64,000 nt of DNA from a candidate division FCPU426 bacterium (GTDB lineage: Bacteria; Oederibacteriota; Muellerivitia; Muellerivitales; Muellerivitaceae). The notes under the pieces are model-generated. The model did no database searches. It saw only the letters and a program-made list of their open reading frames with translations, and was not told the DNA's origin. A program made the translations under genes and the position numbers. The stretch spans positions 153,717 to 217,716 of the forward strand of contig CAVTWJ010000022.1 of the NCBI GenBank assembly GCA_963738405.1. Reading direction: 5' to 3'. Shown piece after piece: positions 20,761 to 30,524 of the stretch; position 1 is the first letter of the stretch, and every line of letters starts with the position of its first letter.

Positions 20761-21965
20761 TTTTGGGCGCCTTTTAAATCCATCCCCAATTTCGTCAAAA
20801 CGGTATTTACATCCTTATCACCCCGGCCCGAAAGGTTCACCACGATCAAGGATTTTTTATTCATCTTGGGGGCCATCCGCATGGCGTAATAAACGGCGTG
20901 AGCGCTTTCCAAGGCCGGGAGAATACCCTCGGTTTTCGCCAGCATTTGAAAGGCTTCCAGCGCTTCTTTGTCCGTTGCGGAAACATATTGAGCCCGGCCG
21001 GTGTCTTTCAACCAAGCGTGTTCCGGTCCTACTCCGGGATAATCGAGCCCAGCGGAAATGGAATGGGTTTCGGCGATTTGTCCTTCCCGGCTTTGCAAAA
21101 CATAGCTGTAGCTTCCGTGAAGGATTCCGGGTTTTCCCTTGGCCATGGTGGCGGCCGTTCGGCGGGTTTTGACTCCATCGCCCGCCGCTTCCACCCCCAC
21201 CATCTTTACCTTGCGGTCATTGATGAATGGATAAAAAAGGCCGATAGCGTTGGACCCTCCATTCACGCAGGCCACCAAGGCATCCGGAAGCCTTCCCTCC
21301 ACTTCCCTGATTTGCCGTTTGGCCTCATCCCCCACGACCCTTTGAAAATCACGCACCAGCATGGGGTAAGGATGGGGCCCGGCGGTGGAGCCGATCAGAT
21401 AATAAGTAGTGCGCACGTTGGTTACCCAGTCGCGGATCGCCTCGCTCATAGCGTCTTTGAGGGTTTTGGTTCCCGAAGTCACGGGATGCACTTGGGCGCC
21501 CAAGAGCCTCATGCGAAAGACGTTCAAGGCCTGGCGGCGGACATCTTCTTCTCCCATGTAAATTTCACAGGGGAGCCCGAAGAGGGCGCAAACGGTGGCC
21601 GTGGCTACGCCGTGCTGTCCCGCGCCCGTTTCGGCGATGATGCGTTTTTTGCCCATCTTCTTGGCCAGAAGGATCTGACCAAGACAATTATTGATCTTAT
21701 GGGCCCCCGTGTGGTTCAGGTCTTCCCTTTTTAGATAAATCCTGGCGCCCTTGAGTTTTTCGGTCAAATTTTGTGCGAAAGTTAAGGGTGTGGGCCGGCC
21801 GTCATACTCCTTTAATAACTTTCGGTATTGGTCTTTAAAGCCCCTGTCTTTTTTCGCCTTTTGGTAGGCCCTGGTCAATTCATCTAAAGCCACCATCAAA
21901 GTTTCGGGAACGTACTGGCCGCCATAGGGGCCAAAATAGCCTGAAGAGTCGGGATAGGTTGGCAT
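20757..21965 (-). CDS. trpB: Tryptophan synthase beta chain
   Basis: [40 protein letters not shown]. Confidence 0.97.
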   Translation of the reverse strand: MPTYPDSSGYFGPYGGQYVPETLMVALDELTRAYQKAKKDRGFKDQYRKLLKEYDGRPTPLTFAQNLTEKLKGARIYLKREDLNHTGAHKINNCLGQILLAKKMGKKRIIAETGAGQHGVATATVCALFGLPCEIYMGEEDVRRQALNVFRMRLLGAQVHPVTSGTKTLKDAMSEAIRDWVTNVRTTYYLIGSTAGPHPYPMLVRDFQRVVGDEAKRQIREVEGRLPDALVACVNGGSNAIGLFYPFINDRKVKMVGVEAAGDGVKTRRTAATMAKGKPGILHGSYSYVLQSREGQIAETHSISAGLDYPGVGPEHAWLKDTGRAQYVSATDKEALEAFQMLAKTEGILPALESAHAVYYAMRMAPKMNKKSLIVVNLSGRGDKDVNTVLTKLGMDLKGAQK

Positions 21966-22547
21966 CTAAGGTCTCATTTCCGGAGGGGGTTGGTTTGCAA
22001 CGTCATTCTTTATTTTTTCCAGCCGTTCTTTCGCACCGGCGTGGCCGGGATCGATAGCGCAAGCCTTGATATATTCATTTTCGGCCTTATCCACGTAGTC
22101 CAAGCGGTTATACAGATCCCCCAATTCCAGGGTCCGTTTCAAGGCGTCCTCCATTTGGTTATGGCGCAGGTAAAGGTCCCGCAAGTTGGTCAGGGCTTCC
22201 TGTGATTCGGGCAGTTGGGCCAGCATGGCATTGTAAATCTCAATCGCACGGTCAATATTTTGGGGCTCGACCATTTTTTGCACCAACCCGGCCAATTCCC
22301 GAAAGGCACCTGAGGCCTTTTTCAGATTTTTTTCCCGGATAAAGCCATTGGCGGAGAGTTCAAATTCTTTATAAGCCCTCTCCAAATCGCCTTTTTTCAG
22401 GTAAAGCTCCCCCAGGGTCAAATGGACATTATGGTCGTTGGGGTCAAAGGTGATAATTTTTTCGTATTCGAGAATAGCCTTATCCCAGCTGCCGGTGTGG
22501 TAGTAGATATGGGCCAGCTTGATAATGAGGGACTTCTGATCTGCCAT
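21966..22547 (-). CDS. Tetratricopeptide repeat protein
   Basis: Repeated TPR-like helices (LAHIYY..WDKAILEYEK; LGELYL..LERAYKEF; LGDLYN..VDKAENEY). Confidence 0.85.
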   Translation of the reverse strand: MADQKSLIIKLAHIYYHTGSWDKAILEYEKIITFDPNDHNVHLTLGELYLKKGDLERAYKEFELSANGFIREKNLKKASGAFRELAGLVQKMVEPQNIDRAIEIYNAMLAQLPESQEALTNLRDLYLRHNQMEDALKRTLELGDLYNRLDYVDKAENEYIKACAIDPGHAGAKERLEKIKNDVANQPPPEMRP

Positions 22548-22565
22548 AGGTGTCTTGAAGTCCTT

Positions 22566-23189
22566 TCATGCCTGGAACGCGCGTTGGGCGAGACGAATAA
22601 ACCGGGTCACTTTTTTGGGATCCTTGATGCCGGGACGGCTTTCCACACCGCTGGACACATCGACTCCGAAGGCACCCGACCGGCGGATCGCCTCCTGGAC
22701 ATTGGAGGGATTCAGACCACCCGCCAGGATCACAGGGGCCTCAAGGGCTTGGACCGCGTCCCGAGCCCATTCAAAGTGAAAGGTCTTTCCCGTTCCCCCT
22801 GGCTTCTTTTCATTATAGGAATCCAAAAGATAAGCCGCAACCTCGTAAGCCTTTAGGGGTTTAAAAGCGCTTTTATTTCTCATCCTCGCGGCTTTGAGAA
22901 TAGGCACAGGAATTTGTGCGCAATAAGCGGGTTTCTCGTCTCCGTGAAGCTGTATCGCCTGGAATCCACAAAAGCGAATCAGGCGTTTAACCTTGGCTAT
23001 GGGTTCGTTGAAAAAAACCCCTACCGGAACCACCAGCGGCGGAACCATGCGCACCAGCTTTCGGGCTTGTTCGGGCGCGAGTTTTCGGGGTCCCAGGGAC
23101 ATTTGAAAGCCCAAGGCGTCCGCGCCTTGCTTGGCGGCAAAACGAACATCTTCAGGGCGGGTCAACCCGCAAATTTTCACTCGAAACAT
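22566..23189 (-). CDS. trpF: Phosphoribosylanthranilate isomerase
   Basis: VKICGLT, QLHGDE, GGTGKTF, LAGGLNP, DVSSGVE. Confidence 0.96.
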   Translation of the reverse strand: MFRVKICGLTRPEDVRFAAKQGADALGFQMSLGPRKLAPEQARKLVRMVPPLVVPVGVFFNEPIAKVKRLIRFCGFQAIQLHGDEKPAYCAQIPVPILKAARMRNKSAFKPLKAYEVAAYLLDSYNEKKPGGTGKTFHFEWARDAVQALEAPVILAGGLNPSNVQEAIRRSGAFGVDVSSGVESRPGIKDPKKVTRFIRLAQRAFQA

Positions 23190-23196
23190 ATGGGCC

Positions 23197-23973
23197 TCAA
23201 GGCATCAGGGCTTTAACGGCCGCTTCGATATCCGGCGAAACCATAAAGGTTTCCCCTACCAAAAGGGCGGTAATCCCCTTTTCTTGAAGCTTTAGGGCAT
23301 CTTCCCTGCTTTTAATACCGCTTTCACTTACCACCGATAAACCAGTAGGAATTTTCCTCAATAAATCAAAGGTGGTTTGCAAAGAAACCGAGAAATCGTT
23401 GAGGTCGCGGTTGTTGATTCCTAAAAGTTTCACACCGCATTTAAGCGCCCTTTCCATTTCGGGCTCGTTATGGACCTCGACTAGAACGGCCATGGAGAGG
23501 CTCCAGGCCAAATCCTGAAACTGCTTCAGTTGGGCGTCTTCCAACATGGCCACGATGAGCAGAACGGCATCCGCCCCCGCTTCCCGGGCCTCATAGACCT
23601 GATGTTCGTCGATGATGAAATCTTTGCGCAAAACCGGAAGCCCCGAGGCCTCTTTAGCTGACTTGAGATAGGAAAGATGGCCCTGAAAATAGGTCTCGTC
23701 GGTCAAAACCGAAAGGGCCTGGGCGCCTGCCTTCGCGTAGGCTTTCGCTAAAGGTTCAATTTGAAAATCAGCTCGTAAGACCCCCTTGGAGGGACTGGCC
23801 TTTTTAAGCTCGGCGATCAGGGAAAGTTTTCCCGGATGGTTCAGGGCGCCCAAAAAATTCTTCGGGGCCCTTTGGCGCTTGGCCCCTTCCCGCAGGGACA
23901 GAAGGCCTCTTTCGCTTTTCAGGCGGGCCACTTCTTCTTTTTTCGTTTCGGCTATTTTTTGAAGGATGCTCAT
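23197..23973 (-). CDS. trpC: Indole-3-glycerol phosphate synthase
   Basis: IAELKKASPSKG, SVLTD, LRKDF, GINNRDL. Start set at MSILQKI (ATGA overlap with trpD), not the longer ORF. Confidence 0.95.
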   Translation of the reverse strand: MSILQKIAETKKEEVARLKSERGLLSLREGAKRQRAPKNFLGALNHPGKLSLIAELKKASPSKGVLRADFQIEPLAKAYAKAGAQALSVLTDETYFQGHLSYLKSAKEASGLPVLRKDFIIDEHQVYEAREAGADAVLLIVAMLEDAQLKQFQDLAWSLSMAVLVEVHNEPEMERALKCGVKLLGINNRDLNDFSVSLQTTFDLLRKIPTGLSVVSESGIKSREDALKLQEKGITALLVGETFMVSPDIEAAVKALMP

Positions 23974-25004
23974 TCGTGGGAAACCTTCTTCAAAAGCTCC
24001 AGAGCGTTCAAGGCCTTTCCCGAATCGATGGATGCTTCGGCCAGGGCCCTGCCGTCGGGAATGGCGTCGCATTGGCCCGCCACATAAAACCCAACCGAAG
24101 CGTTCATCACCACCGCTTCCCGGCGGGCACCCCTTTCCCCCTTCAAGACCCCTAAAAGGATCTTGGCGTTGGCCGCCGCGTCGCTCCCTTTGATTTCGTC
24201 CAGGCTCCGGCGTTGAAAACCGAACAACTCGGGTTGAAGCACCCCGGTCGTGCGTTTGACCGATCCGTCCTTTAATTTTTCCAATTCCCAAATAAAAGTC
24301 TCGTCGGCGTTGGAAACCTCGTCCAGGCCGTCCTTGCTGTGAAGGGTCAAGACCCTTTCCATGCCCGCTTCCACCAAGGCTTCCCCGATCAAGCGGGCCC
24401 GCTCGGCATCAAACACGCCAATGACCTGACGCTTTACTGAGGCCGGATTGCACATGGGCCCCAGCACGTTGAAGATGGTTCGGATGCCCAGTTCCTTGCG
24501 GATGGGCCCCACGTTTTTCATGGCAGGGTGAAAATGGGGAGCGAAAAGGAATGTCATTCCGACTTCCCGGAGGGCCTTTTCGAGGATGGGAACGGCGGGA
24601 TCAATCCTGACTCCAAGGGTTTCCAAAACTTCGGCGCTTCCGCACTGGCTAGAGGCCGCCCGGTTGCCGTGTTTGGCCACCTTCACCCCGCCACCCGCCA
24701 AAACCAAAGCGGCGGCGGTTGAAATGTTGAAGGTTCCCCGGTGATCCCCGCCGGTACCGCAAACGTCGATGGCGTCCAAACCCTCGGCGTTCAGGCGCAC
24801 CATCTTGTCCCTCATGGCCTTGACGCTTCCCACCACCTCGGCGGGGGTCTCGAATTCGAGGTTGAGGAAGGCCAGGTAGGCCGCCACTTGGGTGGGCAGG
24901 GCCTTTCCTTCGAGGATCTCGATCATGCAATCGTAGGCTTCCCGCTCGGAAAGGGACTGTTTTTTGGATAGTTTCGCGAGTATTTCCCGAATCATAGCCG
25001 CCAC
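23970..25004 (-). CDS. trpD: Anthranilate phosphoribosyltransferase
   Basis: DVCGTGGD, FNIST, KHGNRAASS, FHPAM, DGLDE. Confidence 0.96.
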   Translation of the reverse strand: MAAMIREILAKLSKKQSLSEREAYDCMIEILEGKALPTQVAAYLAFLNLEFETPAEVVGSVKAMRDKMVRLNAEGLDAIDVCGTGGDHRGTFNISTAAALVLAGGGVKVAKHGNRAASSQCGSAEVLETLGVRIDPAVPILEKALREVGMTFLFAPHFHPAMKNVGPIRKELGIRTIFNVLGPMCNPASVKRQVIGVFDAERARLIGEALVEAGMERVLTLHSKDGLDEVSNADETFIWELEKLKDGSVKRTTGVLQPELFGFQRRSLDEIKGSDAAANAKILLGVLKGERGARREAVVMNASVGFYVAGQCDAIPDGRALAEASIDSGKALNALELLKKVSHE

Positions 25005-25075
25005 CTTGGGTGAAATAGAGGAGGGCTATTGTACCCATCCCCCCTCGTTTTCCAAAGGATGGAGGCCGGAACCCT

Positions 25076-26593
25076 TTAATTCTTCATCTTCACGTCAATC
25101 AGTTCATAGTAAGGCGCCATAGGCGGCGGAGGGCATTGGGCGTTGGTGAATTTCAGGGCCAAGCAAACGGCAACCGGGTCCTTGTCCCCGGCGTAAATCC
25201 CGGAAACCCTTCCCGATTTCTCGATTTTCAAAACCACCTTCAAATCCGTCGCCTGCGGGGTTTCCAGGGTGCAGACCCGCAGGTAGCTCTCCAAATTTCC
25301 TCCGATCGCCGTGGAAAAATGCTGTTCGTAATCTTGTCCCTCGGGGGAAGCGGCGTTTTTTTCAGCCTGTTGCAGGACATCCGCCGGGATGGAATTGGAA
25401 TAGGCGGCGGGTGTATCCGGCTCATGATTGGCTACCGGTTGGTCGATTCTTATGCCCTTCATGATCTTCTGGAACCCGTTGAGGAGTTCCTGGTCATTGA
25501 AGATCAGGGTCTTGCGGTTGAAATGGGCGCCCGGGTCCCAAAGCATGGGGCACATTCCCAGTTTGTAGGCCCGATCGGCCACCGACTCGATGTAAAGCCG
25601 GACGCTCTCGATATCCTTAGTCTTGAGGGTGGCCCCGTATTCGCCCAGGATAATCGGAATCCCCTGGCTGAGAAACCGCGCCTTCAACTTCTGCATGTTC
25701 GAGTCCAGTTCGTCCAGGTCCTCTTTCGTTCCCCAGGTGGACCGGGCCTTGCCCCATGTCTCGTCATGTTCCAACCCGGCGAAGGTGTAGGGGGTGTAGT
25801 AATGGATGGAAAGAATGCAATGGTCCGCCGGGTCCTTCGGCATCACGAAATCCGGGTCGGTCGTGAGTTCGACATCCGTCGCGTAGCCGGCGATGAGGAG
25901 GTGGCGTTTCGCGTTCAGGCCGCCCGATTTACGCACGAGATCGACAAAGGCCTGGTTGATGTGGTTCAGGATGCCGTAGGCTTTTAGTTTTTTATCGGGG
26001 TCCGCGGGGCCATACCGGTTCCAGACATCGTTGAAACAGCCTTCTTCATTCAACGACTCGAAGATCAGGGTGCAGGGATAACCCTTGAAATAGTCCGCGA
26101 CCTGCGACCACATCACGGTGTAGTGCTTCATCGATTCGTCGTAGGCCGTCGGAAATTTGGACCACCAACCGCCGTCCCAGTGGTCGTTGACCACCGCGAT
26201 CATCCCATCGGCGAGAACCCAATCGACGATCTGTTTGACACGGGCCAAATAGGCGGGATTGATCGCGTAATCTTTCCCCATCATGTTCGACCAAGCCACG
26301 GGAATCCGGATGGATTTAAATCCGGCCGCCTGGATCCCGTCGATCATTGCTTTAGTGGTATCGGGATTGCCCCATGCGGTCTCGAAATTATGGACCGCGC
26401 TTTTATTGACCCAATCCCCGGCGCACTCCATCGTGTTGCCCAGGTTCCATCCCAGTCCCATTTGGCGCACAACCTCCGCCGAGCTCAAATTCTCCAGGGA
26501 GGTCTCATCGGCGCTCAGGCCGGTAGGTAGAAGCGCTGAGAAAATAAGCCCAAAACCGAGAGAGAACACAGAGATAACGTTTTTGAATAACAC
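25076..26593 (-). CDS. Secreted glycoside hydrolase family 5 (endoglucanase-like) with extra C-terminal domain
   Basis: Signal peptide; GWNLGNT, ETAWGNP, IRIPVAW, FESLNE (acid/base), HYYTPY, ILGEYG (nucleophile). Confidence 0.88.
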   Translation of the reverse strand: MLFKNVISVFSLGFGLIFSALLPTGLSADETSLENLSSAEVVRQMGLGWNLGNTMECAGDWVNKSAVHNFETAWGNPDTTKAMIDGIQAAGFKSIRIPVAWSNMMGKDYAINPAYLARVKQIVDWVLADGMIAVVNDHWDGGWWSKFPTAYDESMKHYTVMWSQVADYFKGYPCTLIFESLNEEGCFNDVWNRYGPADPDKKLKAYGILNHINQAFVDLVRKSGGLNAKRHLLIAGYATDVELTTDPDFVMPKDPADHCILSIHYYTPYTFAGLEHDETWGKARSTWGTKEDLDELDSNMQKLKARFLSQGIPIILGEYGATLKTKDIESVRLYIESVADRAYKLGMCPMLWDPGAHFNRKTLIFNDQELLNGFQKIMKGIRIDQPVANHEPDTPAAYSNSIPADVLQQAEKNAASPEGQDYEQHFSTAIGGNLESYLRVCTLETPQATDLKVVLKIEKSGRVSGIYAGDKDPVAVCLALKFTNAQCPPPPMAPYYELIDVKMKN

Positions 26594-26638
26594 AGGCAGG
26601 CTCCTTTAGATTTTTACTATTTAAGTATTACGAAAACC

Positions 26639-28066
26639 CTATCTGACCAATATGACTTTTTTGATTTTCCGCTCATAGGGCTCGATCAAATAAAGAATAT
26701 ACACTCCGCTGGCGCAGGGATTATGGGCGTAATTGGTCCCATCCCAGCTATAAAACTGCGTGGGCAGTTGGCTGGTGAGATAGGAGGGCGAGGGGGGAAT
26801 GGCGTCCTTCCCCAAGTCTTTAATAAATTCCCCGGCAGAATTGTAAATCTTCAACGAAAAAGGGCCGGGGAATGACGAGATTCCAACCTGAATCGATACG
26901 GGCTGGGTGTGGCTAAAAACATTATGGTCCACGTAAAACAAGTCGTAGACAGGCAAGGTGGGCGTCACAGTGGCCGTAATGGTCGGGCTCAAGGTGATGG
27001 TTGGGGACAGGGTGACGGTAGGACTCATGGTAACCGTGGAAGTGAAAGTCGGGGTCGAAGTGGGAGTAACTGTGGGGGTGAAAGTCCTTGTAGGGGTCGG
27101 GGTGAGGGTTGGGCTGGGGCTTGTGATGGGCGTAGGAGAATAGGTGGCGGTCAGGGTTGGGGTATTTCCCGCGCAGGTTCCACCGCCCATGAAACAGTAG
27201 ATACTTTGCACAAAATTCGTGTTCACCGTCTGGTTGGCGCCCGAGAACGTGGGTTGGCTCAGAAAATTGCAATCCCAGACCGTCACGAGGTTTCCCACAT
27301 TCCCCGTCAGGTTGGTCATCTGCCCCAAATTACCCTGCCAGCCCGAGACCATGGATCGGTTCACGCCATCGTTCCAATTGGCCGGATTAGGATCACTAAC
27401 GAAATTGTCCCCATTGAGATCTTGAATCGGGATCCCCCCCGAAGCCACGCCAAAGTAACTGGTTGGTCCCGACTGCCCGGGAATAACGACGGGAAGGGTT
27501 GCTGTTGTCAGGTCCACCCAGTTGCCGTTCGGGCCCGGACAATCGGTGTAAGCCGGAGTAACGGCCCCAGCGGCGATCAAAAGGTCACTTATACCCATAT
27601 CCTTACTATTGAAGGAGCTGAATTCCCCGTTGATGAAGAAGTTTCCGCCCGATTCCAAATAAGAAACAGCTTGGCTCTGCCAACAGGGGGTAAAGGCATC
27701 GTCGCCGGGAACCGGGACAGGGCAAGTGGCGGTTCCACCGCTGACCATCCGCAAGTCCCAGATCTGGTTGTAGGCACCCCAGTTGTCGGTCGTGGGGCAA
27801 TAACCTGTAGTGGAGACGGGAAGGGCCGTTACTTGAGCGCCTTGGGCGATAAGGATCGCCGATACCGCAGTCATCGGTCCAGTAGAGTAGACCGGGTCAT
27901 CAGAATTGTAATAAATCAAAACCTTGATTTGTGCCGACAGTAGGGAGGGTCCCCAAAGGGCGGCAAAAAATAAGGCGGAGGCGATAACCCGACGGACAAA
28001 ATTTTTTGGCAGAAGACACATGGTGACCAAATGGGACAGGGAGTTTAATACTCGGGAATTATACAT
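26639..28066 (-). CDS. Secreted protein with Pro/Thr-rich linker and FlgD-Ig-like C-terminal domain
   Basis: Signal-peptide-like segment, TPTxTPT linker, C-terminal LKIYNSAGEFIK...WDGTN...ASGVYILYL...KKVILVR. True start may be downstream (e.g. 28021). Confidence 0.75.
   Translation of the reverse strand: MYNSRVLNSLSHLVTMCLLPKNFVRRVIASALFFAALWGPSLLSAQIKVLIYYNSDDPVYSTGPMTAVSAILIAQGAQVTALPVSTTGYCPTTDNWGAYNQIWDLRMVSGGTATCPVPVPGDDAFTPCWQSQAVSYLESGGNFFINGEFSSFNSKDMGISDLLIAAGAVTPAYTDCPGPNGNWVDLTTATLPVVIPGQSGPTSYFGVASGGIPIQDLNGDNFVSDPNPANWNDGVNRSMVSGWQGNLGQMTNLTGNVGNLVTVWDCNFLSQPTFSGANQTVNTNFVQSIYCFMGGGTCAGNTPTLTATYSPTPITSPSPTLTPTPTRTFTPTVTPTSTPTFTSTVTMSPTVTLSPTITLSPTITATVTPTLPVYDLFYVDHNVFSHTQPVSIQVGISSFPGPFSLKIYNSAGEFIKDLGKDAIPPSPSYLTSQLPTQFYSWDGTNYAHNPCASGVYILYLIEPYERKIKKVILVR
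26960..27165 (-). repeat. Coding Pro/Thr low-complexity repeat (~6-aa period, TPTxT/SPTxT)
   Basis: TPTLTATYSPTPITSPSPTLTPTPTRTFTPTVTPTSTPTFTST... in the translation. Confidence 0.85.
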
Positions 28067-28307
28067 TGATTCAACAGATATCCTTTCCAGTCATATTAAA
28101 TCATGGTTTTACCGTGCCACCTTTGGAATAGTGAAGTTTGGAAAACCTATTTTAACTTCTAATGCTTTTTGCCTAATGGTTGTCCGAAATATTCCCGCTT
28201 CAAAATTGTATTTCACACTTCGAATTAACCTTTATTTAATCACCCGCCATTACGAATCCGCCTATAACTTTTCCCAAGTTTGTATTTCAGTACCAAAGGG
28301 GAGCACC

Positions 28308-29702
28308 ATGAATTTCAATGACAGTCAGGAGCAGGACCAGCCGGTTTTCGCGCAGCCAGAAGCCACCGCCGATCCTTCCACCTTCAAAATCAAGCATCCT
28401 TCTGATAACCCCGCCTACAAGGTGATCGACCAGCTCAACAAAGAAAAAAAGATCAACCCCATGCCCTTCCCCGCGCCCAGGGGCGGAGCGGAGCCGGTTT
28501 TAACCCTTCAGCAGGTATTTGGAGGAAACTCCGGGCCCATCAACAAAATCAACGACAACGGCCAGATCGTCTTCCACTCGACGGGCGATTGCGGAAGCAC
28601 CAGCGGTCCCAAGACCCAAAACGAGGTGGCCGACAAAATGACCGCCGATTTTAATGAAAGCGACCCAAAAGAAGTACCCCAGTTTAATTTTCTTTTGGGG
28701 GATGTGATTTACAGTTTCGGCGAGACGCAGTATTACTACGACCAGTTTTACGAACCTTACCGCGACTATCCGGCGCCCATCCTGGCGGTGGCGGGCAACC
28801 ACGATGGTATGATTTCACCCCTATCCCAAGGGGTGAATAGTTTGGACGGTTTCTTGCGCAATTTTTGCGCGGAAAGTTTTATGGTCACTCCTGAGGCGGG
28901 AGGTCTTTCCCGCACGGCGCAGATTCAGCCCGGGGTTTTTTACACCTTTGACGCGCCCTTCGTGCGCATCCTGGCGCTCTACAGCAACACCCTGGAAGAC
29001 CCGGGGGTCATCGCCGACGGGGGTGCCTACAGCGGGTTGGGAAAAAGCCAACTGGATTTTCTGACCGCCGCCCTGACCCGTGCGAAAAAGGAAAACTACA
29101 AAGGTGCCCTGTTGATTGCCTCCCACCATCCTGCTTTTACGGCAGGTTCCAACCACGGCTGGAGCCAGCTGATGACATCGCAAATAGACGCTATCTGCAC
29201 CCAGGTGGGCTTTTGGCCCCACGCCGTTTTGGCCGGGCACGCCCACAATTATCAGCGCTTCACCCGCCACCGCAAGGATGGAACCTTGATCCCCTACATC
29301 ATCTGCGGAAATGGAGGGCATAACGCCCAGGCACTGACCCGGGGTGGCACCCCTCCCCCCCGTTCGCCCCAGATTATCCAGGCGGCCGCCAACGGAATGG
29401 ACCAGGTGGTTTTGGAAAATTACGACGCCGCGCCGGGCCATTACGGTTATCTGCGGGTGATTGTGGATAACGCCCAACTGCGCATTGAATACCATCCTGC
29501 GGGTGACGGGACGGGCGCCAAGACGCCGGATGATTACGTGACCGTGGACCTAAAAACCCGCATGGCCACTCACTACACGGCCAACGACCTGGGAGCGCCA
29601 GCCGCCGCCCAGGCCATCAGCCAAAAGGTGAAAAAGCCGAAGGTTCCTAAGGGTTCGGCACCGTCGAAAAAGTCGGCCCGCCGGACCAAGATGAGGAAAT
29701 AA
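28308..29702 (+). CDS. Metallophosphoesterase (calcineurin-like/purple acid phosphatase-like)
   Basis: GDCG, GDVIY, GNHD, SHH and GHAH motifs. Start set at the ATG after the GGGGAG RBS. Confidence 0.85.
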   Translation: MNFNDSQEQDQPVFAQPEATADPSTFKIKHPSDNPAYKVIDQLNKEKKINPMPFPAPRGGAEPVLTLQQVFGGNSGPINKINDNGQIVFHSTGDCGSTSGPKTQNEVADKMTADFNESDPKEVPQFNFLLGDVIYSFGETQYYYDQFYEPYRDYPAPILAVAGNHDGMISPLSQGVNSLDGFLRNFCAESFMVTPEAGGLSRTAQIQPGVFYTFDAPFVRILALYSNTLEDPGVIADGGAYSGLGKSQLDFLTAALTRAKKENYKGALLIASHHPAFTAGSNHGWSQLMTSQIDAICTQVGFWPHAVLAGHAHNYQRFTRHRKDGTLIPYIICGNGGHNAQALTRGGTPPPRSPQIIQAAANGMDQVVLENYDAAPGHYGYLRVIVDNAQLRIEYHPAGDGTGAKTPDDYVTVDLKTRMATHYTANDLGAPAAAQAISQKVKKPKVPKGSAPSKKSARRTKMRK

Positions 29703-29735
29703 GGGGAAGTTAAAGCGTCAAAGGTTTAGAGAGAC

Positions 29736-29764
29736 AAAGCCAGGCGATTTCGCCTGGCTTTTTT
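29736..29764. terminator. Bidirectional intrinsic terminator
   Basis: AAAGCCAGGCG-attt-CGCCTGGCTTTTTT between convergent genes. Confidence 0.8.
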
Positions 29765-30524
29765 AGAGATTAAAAAACCTGCGGGCCGTTTCGGTGGTCT
29801 GTCGGGCAAATTCCTCAAAGGGGATGCCCTTCACCTCAGCCACCTTCTCAGCCGTAAATTTAACGAAAGAAGGCTCGTTGCGCTTGCCTCGGTGGGGCAT
29901 GGGTGTGAGGTAGGGTGCGTCCGTTTCCACCACTAGACGATCTAGGGGGATGAGGGCCACGGCGTCGCGGATGTCCTGGCCATTTTTAAAGGTGACGGGT
30001 CCGGCGATGGAAAAGGTGCAGCCCAACCCCATGAACTTATCAACGTAAGAAGCTCCAGCCGAGTAGCAGTGCATCAGGATCTTAAGGCCTTGCGCTTCCG
30101 CCTTGAGCTGTTCATAAACGTCCTCATGGGCGTCCCGGTCGTGGATGACCAGGGGAAGGGAAAGGTCTCGAGCTAACTGGATCATGCAGGAAAAAAGGAC
30201 TTTCTGCCTATTCCGGTCGACGTCATGGTAATAATCCAACCCGATCTCCCCGATGGCTTTGGGATGTGTTTCACGGGCCAGGCGCTCAATTTCGGCCAAC
30301 TCCGCCTCGCCGAACCGGTCGGCGTCATTGGGATGGGCCCCGATGGTGTGAAAAACCGTTCCGGGGTGCCGGGAAGCCACTTGAGCCGCCGCCGCCGAGG
30401 TTTTTTCGTCGGTGCCGATGGTAACGCAGATATCCACCCCCGCATCCTGGCAGCGCTGAAGCACCTCGGCCTCTTCACCGATTAAACGTTCATCGTCCAG
30501 ATGGCAGTGGGTATCAATCAGCAT
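29763..30524 (-). CDS. tatD: TatD family hydrolase
   Basis: MLIDTHCHL, IGEIGLDY, IHDRDA, ETDAPYLTP; start overlaps the metG stop (TAATG). Confidence 0.93.
   Translation of the reverse strand: MLIDTHCHLDDERLIGEEAEVLQRCQDAGVDICVTIGTDEKTSAAAAQVASRHPGTVFHTIGAHPNDADRFGEAELAEIERLARETHPKAIGEIGLDYYHDVDRNRQKVLFSCMIQLARDLSLPLVIHDRDAHEDVYEQLKAEAQGLKILMHCYSAGASYVDKFMGLGCTFSIAGPVTFKNGQDIRDAVALIPLDRLVVETDAPYLTPMPHRGKRNEPSFVKFTAEKVAEVKGIPFEEFARQTTETARRFFNL

Noticed and set aside
23974..24291. Long N-terminal extension on trpC (similar ORF-track extensions on tuf, alr, tatD, GT2 and the 61868 ORF)
   Set aside because: These are open frames overlapping upstream genes or tRNA; conserved starts lie downstream.
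25005..25075. trp attenuator or T-box upstream of trpD
   Set aside because: The spacer is ~70 nt with no Trp leader peptide or T-box sequence.
26960..27165. Periodic DNA as a non-coding repeat array
   Set aside because: Explained by the Pro/Thr linker codons of the minus-strand protein.
27924..28307. N-terminal 128 aa of the 592-aa phosphoesterase ORF
   Set aside because: AT-rich, overlaps the divergent gene, and a good RBS precedes ATG 28308.
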